DNA of 64,000 nucleotides, from contig OX597836.1 of NCBI GenBank assembly GCA_951406725.2, forward strand, positions 5,084,001-5,148,000, written 5' to 3'. A program made the translations under genes and the position numbers. The notes beneath the pieces were generated by a model that saw only the letters and a list, made by a program, of their open reading frames with translations, was not told the origin of the DNA and ran no database searches. This DNA is from Octopus vulgaris (lineage: Eukaryota). Of this stretch, positions 1 through 13,780 are shown in pieces. How positions within the stretch are numbered: position 1 is the first letter of the stretch; each line of letters begins with the position of its first letter.

Positions 1-1235
1 GACGACGTAATTATTTCACTTTCGACGCATGATATCTGGTCAATGCAATTGTCATCCAATACCATCTCCTCCACAATCATTGAGAAGGTTTGTTAAAGAT
101 TTACTTGGTCATGTTTTCAATTTATTTCCTAAAATGCGGTAACGATACCATACAATGTAATTACGACCAGAGTTTCCTCAGAAAACGTGATATACGTGAC
201 ATTAGGCAAGGAAATCAACTTCAAGCTTAGGAATACAAGAAAATTTACTATAACAGACAAAAATATATAAATTATCCCAGAAGAAGTGAACAACGACCTT
301 TTATCTCTTTTCTTTTTTTCTTATTCATTTATTTTCATATTCTCTCATTCTACCATTCCTGTTATATTTTCTTCCCATTCTGTTGTTATTCTTCAGCATT
401 AATTTATAGAAATACAGCAGACATATGTAAATAGCTCATCAACGAAAACATTCTTTACGATAAGTACCAGATTTCAATAAGTAGGTACAGGTGCTGATTT
501 CTTCAAATTAACGCTTCAGAGTTGTGCACAGTATGGCCCCGTTTTAATGACTGGAAGAATTTCAGGAGTTTTGAAAACGCAGTAAGGAATCATTTACGTT
601 GGTGTCCTTGTTGCTAAACTACAAAAGCAAAATCTCGTTGTCAATCGGCTGCAAACTTCTACAGTTAATAGAATACTTCGTAAGAAAAAGGAGGGGTAGT
701 TAGAGAAAACCAATACAAACAATGGAACAGTGAAAGAAATATGTAGGAATTTCTCAAAAATATGTAACAATTATCGTTGTTGTAACCAAATTCAATTTCT
801 AGAAAACTGTTTGTATATAGAAAACTAGCTTCTATGAAGAAGGCGTGTAACAGTACATACATATATATATACATACGTAGGTACATACATAAATACATCA
901 TAAGTACATACATACATACGTACATACATATGTACATACATACATGGAACCACATGGGAATCCTTGGCGATTCCCATGGAAAAACAAATAGAGTCAGGTT
1001 ATTTCCCTTCATTCCACCCCACCGCAGGAAATCGCGATACACAGATATTGTTTTGAGCTGATTGGGTGTGCTAGATTCCCTTGTTCGAAAATATAAGGAC
1101 ACGGATCATGTCGTATAGCCCGCTGGGGGACGATGTCTCCTGGGGTTAAATTACAGCAACATTCGTCCTAAACTAGGACTGCCATGTTATGTTGGCAAAC
1201 AATCGTTAGCTTTAAAGTCCCCTACCATGTCTAGT

Positions 1236-1303
<68 letters not shown>

Positions 1304-2145
1304 GTATATATATATTGTTATATTTCGGAATGGTCATATTGCCAGTTTAGCCAATAATATTTAAACGTATATATATATATATATATTTGCGTTTCTGTGT
1401 GTGTGCGTCTGCATGTGTGTATATATATATATATGTGTGTGTGTGTGCTTGTGTATAGTAATACAAACATGTATAACATGTTTATTATTTATATAGATAT
1501 ACGAAAACATAATGGTAATGAGACTTTACATACATACGCTTATGTAATATTAATGTTCAAAATATATTCATGCATTCATAGATATCATGTGAATAACCCC
1601 GTGAGGGGTGCATATAAGAGAGATTGTTAGTCTCAATAAGTACCAGATTAAAAACCTGTACGCCAGTGCGCGCATATAGAAACTGAGGTAAGCAATAACG
1701 AACTCCTGTTTGAGAGAAGCAAATACATATATTTGTATCGTGTAATTATCTTTTTGTAATAACATATCAATTACACTTGATGTCTGCTTACAGTCCTTTT
1801 CATACACCCAGATTTAAGTTATTATATGAATAAGCTAAAACGAAATACAGAGATATGTAAACATCTATATTTGCGACTGTTTGTGTATGTTTGTGTATGT
1901 TTGTGTACGTATGCTTGTGATGCGTATGGCTCCGTCTGTGCTACGACTTCTTCAAATTATTCAGGAGATATCGTTGTTATTTATTCTCTGTGGTTCGATA
2001 ATGTATATTCAAGACTTACCGAATGCATTCCTTGAATAGACTGTAATCTTAGACTTGTAATTTGGCGGGCTTGTTCCTGTGACATATAAGAGATAAATCA
2101 ATATATGATTGACAGATACATACATATACATATCCATACATATAT

Positions 2146-2179
<34 letters not shown>

Positions 2180-2385
2180 ACATGTAAATTGTTTGGAAAA
2201 AGTAAGTATGCAATAAATACGAACACATACACACATCTTTCTACATATACACACATATATGTATACATACATACATACGTACACACACACACATATATAT
2301 ATATATATACATATATATATATGGGTATAAAAATGTGCATATATATATGTATGTATGTATATATATATGTATGCATACATAAATA

Positions 2386-2387
<2 letters not shown>

Positions 2388-2475
<88 letters not shown>
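2388..2475. repeat. (TA)n microsatellite
   Basis: Pure AT dinucleotide run. Confidence 0.97.
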
Positions 2476-2476
<1 letters not shown>

Positions 2477-2850
2477 CAAAAGGGGCTGAGTAGAATTGTG
2501 AGACGAATGTAAAGTTTAGAACATGAATAGACAAATTGTTGAATAAATTGTGAAAGATCAATTCCTATACATTTGAAAAGAGTGGAATATATTATATATA
2601 GGTATGTATATGTGTGTATGTGTATGTATATGTGTATATGTATATATCTATATCTTTCTACTTGTTTTGGTCACCTGACTGCGACCAGGGAGACGCACTG
2701 GCAGGCAGCGGGTGAGAGATTAAAAGAGAAGTAAAGACAAGGACATAGAGAGTAGAAAAGTTTTACAAATACAGAGATTGAAAGAAGATATTTTTGTGTC
2801 TTGGTAAATATTACTTTATATTTAGAATATATATCTAAATATAATAATCT

Positions 2851-3035
2851 ATTCTATGCTAGGCACAAGCCTCGAAATCTCTGGGGAGAGGACCAGAAAA
2901 TTCGATCGGCACCAGTACGCAACTGGTACTTAATTTATCGACGCCGATGGCTGAAAAGCAAAATCGACTTCGGTGGAATTTGAACTCAGAACGTGACAGA
3001 TGAAATATCTATTTCATTACAACCGACAAGGGGTA
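2851..3035 (-). mobile_element. SINE B/C fragments
   Basis: aggcacaagcctcgaaat...tggaatttgaactcagaacg. Confidence 0.7.
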
Positions 3036-3059
3036 TGCAGACAGACAGACAAACAGACA

Positions 3060-3126
3060 GAGAGATAGATAAATAGACAGATATATAGACATAGATAGAT
3101 AGATGGATAGATAGATAGATAGATAG

Positions 3127-3168
<42 letters not shown>

Positions 3169-3202
3169 AGGTAGCTAGCTAGATAGATAGATATATATAT
3201 AG

Positions 3203-3239
<37 letters not shown>

Positions 3240-3408
3240 TATAGATAGATAGATAGATAGATAGATATATAGATAGATAGATAAGTTTCTTTATTGGCCA
3301 CACAGGGCTGCACACAGTAGATAGATAGATATATAGATAGATAGACAGCTAGACCGACCGACAGACAGACAGATAGATAGATAGATACATAGATAGAGAC
3401 ATAGATAC

Positions 3409-3484
<76 letters not shown>

Positions 3485-3541
3485 ATAAATAGATATATAG
3501 ATAGATAGATAAATAGACATATAGATAGATAAATAGATAGG

Positions 3542-3606
<65 letters not shown>
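3060..3606. repeat. (GATA)n/(GA)n compound microsatellite
   Basis: Direct inspection. Confidence 0.97.
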
Positions 3607-4053
3607 TTCCCCAATATGTATATATTTATAGATGAACATATATACAGTGTCAAAGCCTATTCTATTGAGAATTGGATAGGAATTAGTCTATATTGATTAA
3701 AGAGAGCTTTACGTGTCTCACAGAAAACAAAATTGTTTATACTAGAGAGTCAGAAATAATACGCTGTCTTGAACATCGTAATGGCTTCGTTTCAGATGCC
3801 CAGTGTGTAACTAGTTCCTCTCTGCGTAACGGAAACATATTCACAGTACGACAGTTCTAGTTGGCTTTCATTTGTCACCTTCCATATATCCCAATTCGAC
3901 TGACACGGCTTTTGAATGTTTGTATATACTTTCCAATTCAAACACGACATTTAAATCGGAATGTATACTCCATTTCGAAAGACACGACGTTTGTGTGTAA
4001 AAAAAATAATAAATAAAAGGAAAAGATTTGATTAGGGAGTACTCCGTCTGTTT

Positions 4054-4357
4054 CGACGACGAGATTCCCAGCTGATAAGATCAACGTGACGGCTTGCTCG
4101 GGAAACTAACGTGCAAGTGGCTGAGCACTCCACAGACACGTGTGCTCTTAATGTAGTTCTCAGAGAGTTTCAGCATGAGACAGAGTGTGACAAGGCTGGC
4201 CACTTGAATTACAGGTACTACTCATTTTTGCCAGCTGAGTGGACTGGAGCGACGTGAAATAAAGTGTCTTGCTCAAGGACTCTAGGCGTCGCCGAGAATT
4301 GAACTCACGACTCTACGATCGTCAACCGAATGTCCTAACTACTAAGCCATGCGCCTT
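4054..4357 (-). mobile_element. tRNA-derived SINE family D
   Basis: Minus head ggcgcatggcttagtagttagg...gagttcaattc, then cttgagcaagacac. Homologous to 48070-48365, 27975-28120 and 44295-44600. Confidence 0.82.
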
Positions 4358-4646
4358 CACTTCAATTTTGATACATATTTGACGAACAATAAAAACACGT
4401 ACATACTGGAAAACGCATACATGTAGCTCTACTGACGTGGTTCAATCTGGTGCTTTCGTTTGTTGATGAATGTGATTTTAATAAAGAATAAAGATTTATT
4501 TTTCCGCGCAGTTTGACTATTGTAAAATTAATGTTTTGTTACACATGCGTTCAATATACACATTCACAAGCTCAGACCACGCGCACACACACACACACAA
4601 GACACATACAAACATAGAAACAAAACATGCACACATATCAACGCTC

Positions 4647-4725
4647 ACATACATACATACATACATACATACGTACATATATACATACATACATACATAC
4701 GTACATACATACATACATACATACA

Positions 4726-4757
<32 letters not shown>

Positions 4758-4768
4758 CATACATACAT
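4647..4768. repeat. (CATA)n microsatellite
   Basis: Direct inspection. Confidence 0.95.
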
Positions 4769-5913
4769 GTATGTATAGATGTGCAGTAGGCGAAACAGGC
4801 AAAGATTAGATTGAAAAACATAGATGAATGTATATGTATGTGTGTGTGTGTTCGTACACATATAGATCTATGTTTTATGTATATACACACACAGAAACAT
4901 ACATGCACACATACAGACAGACACACACACATATATATATTGGAATTTACAAAAAAATGAAAGCAAACGACAAAGAAGGGTGTGTAAACAATAAAATATA
5001 TATTAGTTGATATATATATATATGTATATATGTGTGTGCGTGTGTGTGTGTATGTGTGTATATATTTATGTTCATATTTAATATGTATATGTATAGATAT
5101 ACCTCTATTAATCTATCACTCTTTCTACTTATCTATGAATCTATGACTGTCTCTCTCTCTGACTCTCTCTACGTCACTTCTGTCTCTCTCTCTCTCTCAA
5201 TATATATATATATATATATGTACATACACAAACAAACGCACAGATATATACGCATACACACGCACACTCGCACACAAACACACTCACACACACACACACA
5301 CACGACATATAAGTCGTGTATGTTCCTAAGAATATGGCTTATGGATAGAAAATAAAGTACATTATACTCCAGGAATTAGGTTACGCTTCATTTTTTTATG
5401 AGGCAAAAATCACCTGATAATGAATGAGATTGTGTATATATCTTTCTGAGCCTGTGCCTGTGTGTGTGTGTGTGTGTTGAAAGAGAGAGTGAGAGAGAGA
5501 CAGAGGTAGAGCCAGGGTGGGAGTAGGTGAGTGTGAATCCGCATATGAACGCGCGCACGCACATTGAAGGAGCTAAGAGTTCTTGAGACAGGAAAAATAA
5601 TAAAAAAGAAGGCTAAGTAAAAATGAGAGCGATGTAGTCATCTCGACTGATATGAAGAGAGATATGAACACAGTGATGGTTAAAAGCGATAAGCATGACT
5701 ATTTGCACATATACATCCGTATAACAGTATACATGGACGCTAATATATATACACGCGTATATAGATTCAGAGATATAGATGTGGTTCGGAGATAATAGGG
5801 AAAAATATTTGCCTGTGGCTGTGTACGCTTACATATATAAGCATGCTTATAGATGTATTCATTCATATATTTAGATACACACGCACATATATACATATAA
5901 AGATATAACGCAC

Positions 5914-5964
<51 letters not shown>

Positions 5965-5971
5965 TATGTAC

Positions 5972-6002
<31 letters not shown>

Positions 6003-6032
6003 TATACAGATATATATGCATATATATATATG

Positions 6033-6112
<80 letters not shown>

Positions 6113-6322
6113 GAAATAGAAAGATGAATAATCTTGTTGCAGATTAATCAAAAGTTTAACCGACACCTTGGTAGCAAAAATCACAGCAGAAGACAGCACG
6201 GTTGGAGGTACAACCATATGGTGTTGCAACCGTGCGTTGGTGCGGATAATTGAATTTTAATATTATTAGTGAATTGAAGAAATGGAGTTGAACGAAGATT
6301 GAACAGAAATCGTTTTATTGCA

Positions 6323-6402
6323 TTCTACACGTGTTTCGAAAGGCACAATTTACCAAATTCCGATTGAATAAGGAGACCATATTGTGTCGTTCTCTTCAGG
6401 AA
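6323..6402 (-). ncRNA. Type I hammerhead ribozyme motif (PLE-type)
   Basis: Minus strand reads UUC-CUGAAGA-[GAACGACACAAU...AUUGUGCCUUUC]-GAAACACGUGUA-GAA. Stem I is UUC/GAA, stem III is the palindrome ACACGUGU, and the cleavage triplet is GUA. Confidence 0.7.
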
Positions 6403-6459
6403 GAAATAGGAAATCCGTTGGAAAAAACAAAAAGACACAAGAGAAAGACACAATATGGT

Positions 6460-6536
6460 CTGAAGAGAAAGACACAATATGGTCTCCTTATTCAATCGGA
6501 ATTTGGTAAATTGTGCCTTTCGAAACACGTGTAGAA
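6460..6536 (+). ncRNA. Hammerhead ribozyme motif (mirror copy; 5' strand of stem I disrupted)
   Basis: CTGAAGA at 6460, stem II GAAAGaCACAAT/ATTGTGcCTTTC, then GAAACACGTGTA-GAA. A 23-bp tandem duplication upstream replaces the stem I partner. Confidence 0.6.
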
Positions 6537-6593
6537 TGCAATAAAACGATTTTTGTTCAATCTTCGTTCAACTCCATTTCTTCAATTCACTAA

Positions 6594-6648
<55 letters not shown>

Positions 6649-6657
6649 GTATATTTA

Positions 6658-6730
<73 letters not shown>

Positions 6731-6740
6731 TCATATATGA

Positions 6741-7061
6741 CAAAGGGTAAAATTAATGAATTAATTGGTACTTAAAAATTTTACCAAGTAGTTCAGTATA
6801 TTAAAAGAACCATTATCGGTAACCCTGTAGAAAAATTCTATAATTATAAGTATAATTATAATTAGGTTTCAGCAAATTGCTTCACCGAGTACCAAAATTT
6901 AGAAATAACAGTTAAATACCTGTCCTCTACCATAAGATATATCCCACACAGTAATAATCCTAATTCACGCTGGTAAAGAGAAAAAAATAACGAATCCACC
7001 CGGCTTTGATCAACGACATACGCGTTTCTGGGTTAAAGAGATGTAAAATTTCATTTTGTAT

Positions 7062-7062
<1 letters not shown>
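6741..7062 (-). mobile_element. Truncated PLE-like terminal repeat in (TA)n
   Basis: Minus strand has an HHR 3' half, GAAACGCGUA (~7019-7028). The terminus aagggtaaaatt...accaagtagttcagtatattaaaa resembles 49594-49650. Bounded by (TA)n on both sides. Confidence 0.45.
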
Positions 7063-7120
<58 letters not shown>

Positions 7121-8019
7121 GAAACATAACTAGTTCGGCAACTTTTTGATACCACCTCGTATGTATATGTTTTATGAATCCCCCACTGAAAGTGTTGTAC
7201 TGTGCATGGTCCAGAAGTAATTTTGACCGTTTATTTGCGTAATAAAATCATCCGTTTATAGATTCCATTTTCCACATTCATAATACAGTTTCCACTCGCC
7301 AAATTATTATTTTACAGTGTTGTGAAGATGTACGTGCTTTTAGCGCTAACAGCACTTTGCAGTAGGTGAATGCTTGTCTGTGTGTGTAATTTCAAATCGT
7401 TCGTCAGTGTGTGTGACGTGCAATTGTAATATGGGGCAGTGCCTTGTGTGTGTATGTCCTTGTATTTGCTACATGCGTTTCCCGTGCTTGCACAATCAAA
7501 TGAGTCTACGTATTGTCAACATAAACGTTCTATTTGTGTAGTGTGTGAGTACATATATCTGCGTGTGTGTGTGTGTGTGTGTGTTTGTATGGATGTGTGA
7601 CTTATATAATAACACACGTGTCTAATAAGCTGTAAACAGAGAAAGCGCGAACTCACTATACAGAAGCATAAATCCAAAATTTTCGAATCACTTTTTGATA
7701 ATATATTTAGATACTATTATATCGTCGTTGATGATGTATGATGCTGCGCAGGTGCGTTTGTGTGTGTGTGTGTGTGTGTGTAACAATATATCAGTGTACC
7801 AAATATAACTGTAAAACAACTAAAAATGTAACAAGAGTTGGTTATTTTATAACCGTTCGCACAAGAACGATGGAATACTCCAACGCAGAATGAATAACGA
7901 GACGAAAGCTCTCACAGTTCTAGATCAACTGTCTACTGGGCTCATCGATTTATAAGATCGACCAGTCCACTGCCAGTCATGTGTGGGTGTGTCAGTTCAC
8001 TTCACAACATATATATATA

Positions 8020-8328
8020 ACCTTGACCATCGTGGCCGACTAGGCTGTCAGATGTTGCTACACATCGCTGGTCACAATGCACTTCGCATTGTTTTAGCCT
8101 TCAAATATCGCCACCCCGCTGGCTAAGCGAGCAGGTCAACAGAAGAAAGAGTGGGAGAAAGTTGTGGCGAAAGATTACAGCAGGGATCGCCACCACCCCT
8201 GCCGGAGGCTCGTGGAGCTTTAGGTGTTTTCGGTCAATAAACCCTCACGACGCCCGGTCTGGGAATCGAAACTGCGATCCTACGACCGCGAGTTCGCTGC
8301 TCTAACCACTGGGGCATTTCACCTCCAC
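8020..8328 (-). mobile_element. tRNA-derived SINE family E
   Basis: Minus head ...cagtggttagagcagcg...gtttcgattcccagacc. Homologous to 35628-35855. Confidence 0.8.
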
Positions 8329-9051
8329 ACAACATGTATATATATAACTGATAATTCTTAATTTAAGCGATCTTCCTTCAACTAGTCTGTCAGTATGTAG
8401 AATTATTTGCACGGAGATCTTTACGAATAGTCAAAGGCGTGGGAGAGCAGAAATACGAAAGGTGTTGTTGATGAAAATTTAGCGGTCACGGAAGAGTCGT
8501 AGTCATCCATATATTTGAGAAGCTTCCCGCTGGGTATCAAACTACCGATATCATGGCTACTGAACATTGCTCTGCGGCAAGTGCAAAAGGCATTTGACGT
8601 GACATACACAGCTGCAACGCAGACAATTAATCTGTGGCCACCAGGAAGGGACAGAGAAGGCCCTTTCATTCCGTCCGCACGCTCGTGTTTATTTCCACGG
8701 CGGGCAATCGGGGCCTTAGTATCAATTCAGACGGTTACGTGGACCTACTTAAGTACACCCCTCTTAACATAGGTTTTACCTTTGCGAATTTTCTAAGTTT
8801 CTTATTTACACAGAACTTCTGGATAACTTCTTCCTTTAACACCCTGACCCCCTTAAAACGGCAACTTCCCCTTAATAACTTGTAGGATTCCCTATTCCTT
8901 TAATACCTCAATCTCTCATCTAAGTTCTGTTAGCGCGGATGGTAAAGAATTATGTGCACATAACATATTGGCCTTTTAGACTATTTATCTAAAACATGTT
9001 TTCTTACCTCTTCCTTCTCCCTTTTGTCTATATTGTACGATCATTTTTTTC

Positions 9052-9396
9052 CACTCTGATGAAGATCCGTTGCCTTAATTCGACTGCCCTATGAAGATGA
9101 AGAATTCTATTCTCGCATTTATGTATTGACTGCATTCTGGGAATTTTGATCAGAAACAGCTGTTAGCATTGTTATGTCTTGTTTTGTATCAACAAACAAA
9201 TTTTAAATGTGATCCTATTCATGTACTGATTAATCTATGTTTATCCCCATTTTCTAATTATTTGCATTGGTTCCTGATAAACTTTTGTCTATCCTGTTGT
9301 CACATGTGCTCGGCGTGTATGGTGTCCCTGCACACCATTGCCCGGGGATAATACAGGTAACGGATACTGATAGTACATACAAATATATTATCCCTT
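9052..9396 (+). mobile_element. PLE-like 3' terminal region with degenerate HHR
   Basis: CTGATGAA-GATC...GATC-A-GAAACAGCTGTT-ag (9056-9166) with palindromic stem III ACAGCTGT. Ends in ...atccctt next to a microsatellite. Confidence 0.5.
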
Positions 9397-9417
9397 AGTC
9401 GGTTACTACAACTGCTA

Positions 9418-9454
<37 letters not shown>

Positions 9455-9646
9455 CTGTATATGTGTATGTATGTATACATATATATATGGATGTATGTGT
9501 ATATATATATATGCATGTATGTGTGTGAATGTATAGGTATATCTAAATAGTTGTGTATATCTTTCTTTATCCTTATATACATGAATACAATGACACACAC
9601 ACACATACACACGTGCGCACAGCCACCCACACACGCGCACATGCAC

Positions 9647-9729
<83 letters not shown>

Positions 9730-9789
9730 AACAGACATTTGCTGTGTCGTGCAGCCAACATTTTTGCTGCGATGTTTGGCACTTGCTGC

Positions 9790-10070
9790 ATGAACTTCCG
9801 AAAACAGCTTTGTTAACGAAAAGTAAATTATGGTCCAAAAAAGTCTGCCATAATAGATATTCTATACTTCAGTCGACTGGACGGCTGCGAGATTCGGTGT
9901 TGAAGAAAAGCAATTATTCTTCAGAATGGGAAGAATCGAAAGAAGAAATGGTATTTGACGTTTCTCTTAACTTTCAATAGCTGAGAAAAGAAAAGTGTCT
10001 TGTTCATTTACAACTGACGAAGGCAGACGATACGCTGTCGTCTGAAATATTTAGTACAATATAAACAAAA
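9790..10070 (+). mobile_element. Possible PLE 3' end: endonuclease C-terminal remnant plus HHR-like motif
   Basis: Translation ELPKTALLTKSKLWSK..CHNRYSIL resembles the LLNKRSEL.SKCRH tail of some PLE ORFs. TACAA-CTGACGAA...AGACGA/TCGTCT-GAAATATT-TAGTA at 10009-10056. Confidence 0.4.
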
Positions 10071-10550
10071 TCCAGCTTACAATTGACGAACAAATGTATA
10101 ACAATAGCGAATATATATTATTGAAATGTAGGTAAATGGTTTGTCGAATAAAATGATAACATAAATTAATGAAATATCAACTGTTGAATGATGTGCTGGA
10201 ATCACCTCATTTTAGTAAATGTGTCTGATAATGGAATACAAAATCATATGGCGGTACATTTAGATGCGTAATAGAGGAAAAAGGTGGGATACATTTATGT
10301 TATTTTTCCTTCATTGTTGCGATAAATGTGTCTATGCTGTGTTGTTAGTCGATCTTCTTTTGAGTTGAAATTCGTATTTGGTCAGAGTCAAGGCATTTTG
10401 AAAAGCGAGGAAGATGATTGCATAAGAGAAGCACACTTCTCAGATCTGAAATGTTAGATGATAGCACGATGCGTGTGTGATGTTTAGGAATAGACAGTTC
10501 TCTATAAGAAGTCGAGTAACGCAATAATTTATCAATATTACGTTAAATCA

Positions 10551-10768
10551 AGGCGGTGAGCTGACAGAATCTTTATCACACCGGACGATATTCTGAGCGG
10601 TATTTCGTCCGTTTTTACGTTCTTAGTTCAAATTCCGCCGTTGGCCGACTTTGCCTTTCTTCCTTTCGGAGTCAATAAAATAAACACCAGTAATAAATTG
10701 GTGTCGATGTAAACGACTTAGACCCTCCAACAAATCTGCTGACTTTGTGTCAAAATTTGAAACTAATA
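10551..10768 (+). mobile_element. SINE family B
   Basis: aggcggtgagctgacagaat...gttcaaattccgccg...ctttgcctttc. Confidence 0.75.
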
Positions 10769-11120
10769 TTACGATAAATCCGCAAGCTGGGCCGCGGCAT
10801 CATTATAGGTGATCGGGTTTCTATAGTGGCACTGCTAGTGTGCTAGTCGGTGAAAATGACCTGATACAATACGACTGGTTGGCTAAAAAAAAAATAAGGA
10901 GAGAAATGTGTGAAGAAGATTTTGATCTGTCATGAACTTCAGAAGAGTGGAATATGTAACAAAAATGTTTTAAAATCTAGTTTAGTTCCAGGACAATAAA
11001 ATCATAAATTATATTTCCTAGCGTCGAAAACTAGGTAGATAATGGTCTTTCTCGATGAATGGTAAGGCTTTGAAAGTTGCATTTGATATCAAAAGAATTT
11101 TCATACATTATTTACAAAGT

Positions 11121-11180
11121 TGAGGACAAATGTCCGTCAAATGTAAATAATGTACATAATTCCTCATCTCTTAAATAAAA
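11121..11180 (+). mobile_element. Solo 3' fragment of the 36.2-36.6 kb element family
   Basis: tgaggacaaatgtccgtcaaatgtaaataatgtacataattcctcatctc is nearly identical to 36555-36615. Confidence 0.7.
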
Positions 11181-11199
11181 AACCGAATTTTTTTTTTAT

Positions 11200-11955
11200 G
11201 TTTCCCATGGAGATGTGGTTGGTCGATTACATTGAACCTAGTGCTCAACTATTACTTATTTCCTCAACCCCAAGAGCATGAAAGGCAAAGTCGACCACGG
11301 CGGAATTTGAACTCAGAACACAAAGAGAGAGGAAATGCTGTAAAATGCCATAAGCATTTTTCATAATGTACTAAAGATTCTGCGAGCTCCCTGCATTCTA
11401 ACTATAATTAACAATACACGTAGTTCAAATTTTGGTCTTAACGTGAGAGACAATATAATTTCAAGAAGATTTAGCTGTAATTTCTAAGTTGTATCCTTTA
11501 GAACTCTACTCATTTGTTTTTTAATTTAAACACAAATGACAAGAAAATCCGTGGGGATGTCTAGGCAATCACAATTCTGATAAAAATCACAACCGGTCCT
11601 TCAAAGAAATTGCCATGAAACTACTTTTTAAGATGAAAACACACACACGACCGTGTCATCGGAGATTTTGCTAAATTTCCGTTGGATTATTGATTCAATG
11701 ATTTTGATTAGATGTGTTCGATATTCAGCACGTAACAAAATGGGCGCACAGACAGAGCTGTTAGTACGGGGGGAGCGAAATTGCTTTGCTGCGTTTTGTC
11801 CGTCCTTACGTTCTGATATCAAATTTCACCGAGATCGCTTTTGCATTTCATCCGTCGAAGGTCCATAAAAGATGTACAATTCAACCATTAGTGTGAACGT
11901 AATCGATTTCTCCCTCCTCAAAACCTCCTGCTTCCGTGCTAAATTATAAAACCAA
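11200..11955. mobile_element. Two old SINE B copies (minus 11200-11395, plus 11755-11955)
   Basis: Core aaggcaaagtcgacc..ggaatttgaactcagaac and its degenerate reverse complement. Confidence 0.6.
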
Positions 11956-13338
11956 TAAGCAGGACCTAACAACAATAAAAATACACAATAGTAACAAGAG
12001 ATATAAAACTTACTTTCCCTATCAAATAACTGGATTACAGAACGTTCATTTTATGGAAGTAACAGCATTTTATATAAGCGATTGTATATAATTTTCGGAG
12101 AGATGTCACTTGTTCGTTCTTCTTTTAGTGGAAATAAATATTTCACAGCTCAGCAATTGATAGAAATGTAGCAATTTAGCAAGAGAGCATATAAGAGCAA
12201 CACAATTTTCGACAGTAACATGATCGAATATAATTCAAGTTAAAACAGAGAAAGTCAGGATTAAGTGAGGTGATTTAATGATCGGCCATTTTGAGCGGTC
12301 TTAAAATCCGTTAACGAAGGAGGCAGAAAAAAGACAGCCGAACAGAACCATTCGGAAATCGCAAAGAGCTGGGTTGAAACTATGGATAAAATATTTATTT
12401 ATCCTGTGAATATATAGGGTTAAGAAATGAAATGTCTATATTCACAGGTAGTAATCATACATGCAGACACATACATATACCCACAGTTCTCCACACACAC
12501 ATATGTTAAATATATGTATGTATGAATATATATAAACATATATATATATATATATAAAGAGAGAGATGTGTTTGTGTGTGTATGAGTGTATGTGTATATG
12601 TATGTATGTGTGTGTATTTACGTGTGAGTGCTTGTGTGTATAAGGACGATATTGATTTCCAAGTTTCCATGTTGATTAGATTCAGCGTAGTACGGTCTTA
12701 AAATTCCACTAATGACATGTGGGGAGTGCTGCGCCATGTAATATTTGATTGTTCCATATTCAATTTTACACAAATCGTGTGTGAGTGTGAGCTGTGTTTG
12801 TGTGTGCCTTTGCGTCTGTCTACATGTGTATATCCATGTATATATATATATATATACATGCACATAGATACCAGCATGCATAGGTATATAGATAGACAGG
12901 TATAAATAGAGATATAGGCACATATACACACAATCACATCCACACAAAGACGCATACGTTATACACATTAATTCAAGGAAAAAATCTTAGTCACAAGACG
13001 TAAACTTTGCGATTGGAAAAATTATTCTGAGCTAAAACAATTGGCCAAGTTATACTGCCTTGGGCGAGATTTTAGCGAAACTTTCTCAAGAACACGTAAT
13101 TTGCATACCATATACAATTAATTATGATTGTCGCCTGTGGTGATTGCGCATTATAGCAGTGAAACGGCGGAATACTAATTCTCCAAGATCCCATTTAATA
13201 AATTTTATTAATTTTTATCTGCTATTTTTGAAAATGTTCTAACTTATTTTAATATAATCACAGATATTTCCAGCATAGACTTAACCAGAAATTCTGACTA
13301 CTGCCTTGTCTTTTCTCCCTTTCTGTCTATACATACAG

Positions 13339-13339
<1 letters not shown>

Positions 13340-13429
<90 letters not shown>

Positions 13430-13430
13430 G

Positions 13431-13485
<55 letters not shown>

Positions 13486-13668
13486 AACCTATCTATCTAT
13501 CTACCTACCTATCTACCTATCTGTGTATCTGTCAATGTATTTACCTATATGAATTTATGCATGTATATATACATATATATATACATATATACATACATAT
13601 ATACATATGTATGTATGCTTACATGTATACATGTGTATATGTATATGTATATGTATATACACATATTA

Positions 13669-13731
<63 letters not shown>

Positions 13732-13780
13732 TAGATATATATATACACATATATATATATACTCATACATACATGCATAC

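Larger units (their letters stand above)
6111..6597. mobile_element. Non-autonomous Penelope-like element with inverted HHR-bearing terminal repeats, embedded in (TA)n
   Basis: Arms 6262-6399 and 6460-6597 are reverse complements (138 bp, 2 mismatches, 60-bp spacer). Each carries a CTGAAGA...GAAACACGTGTA core. (TA)n lies on both sides. Confidence 0.7.

Noticed and set aside
6325-6534. Two overlapping antiparallel 67-aa ORFs with identical ends
   Set aside because: A direct consequence of the inverted repeat, not protein-coding.
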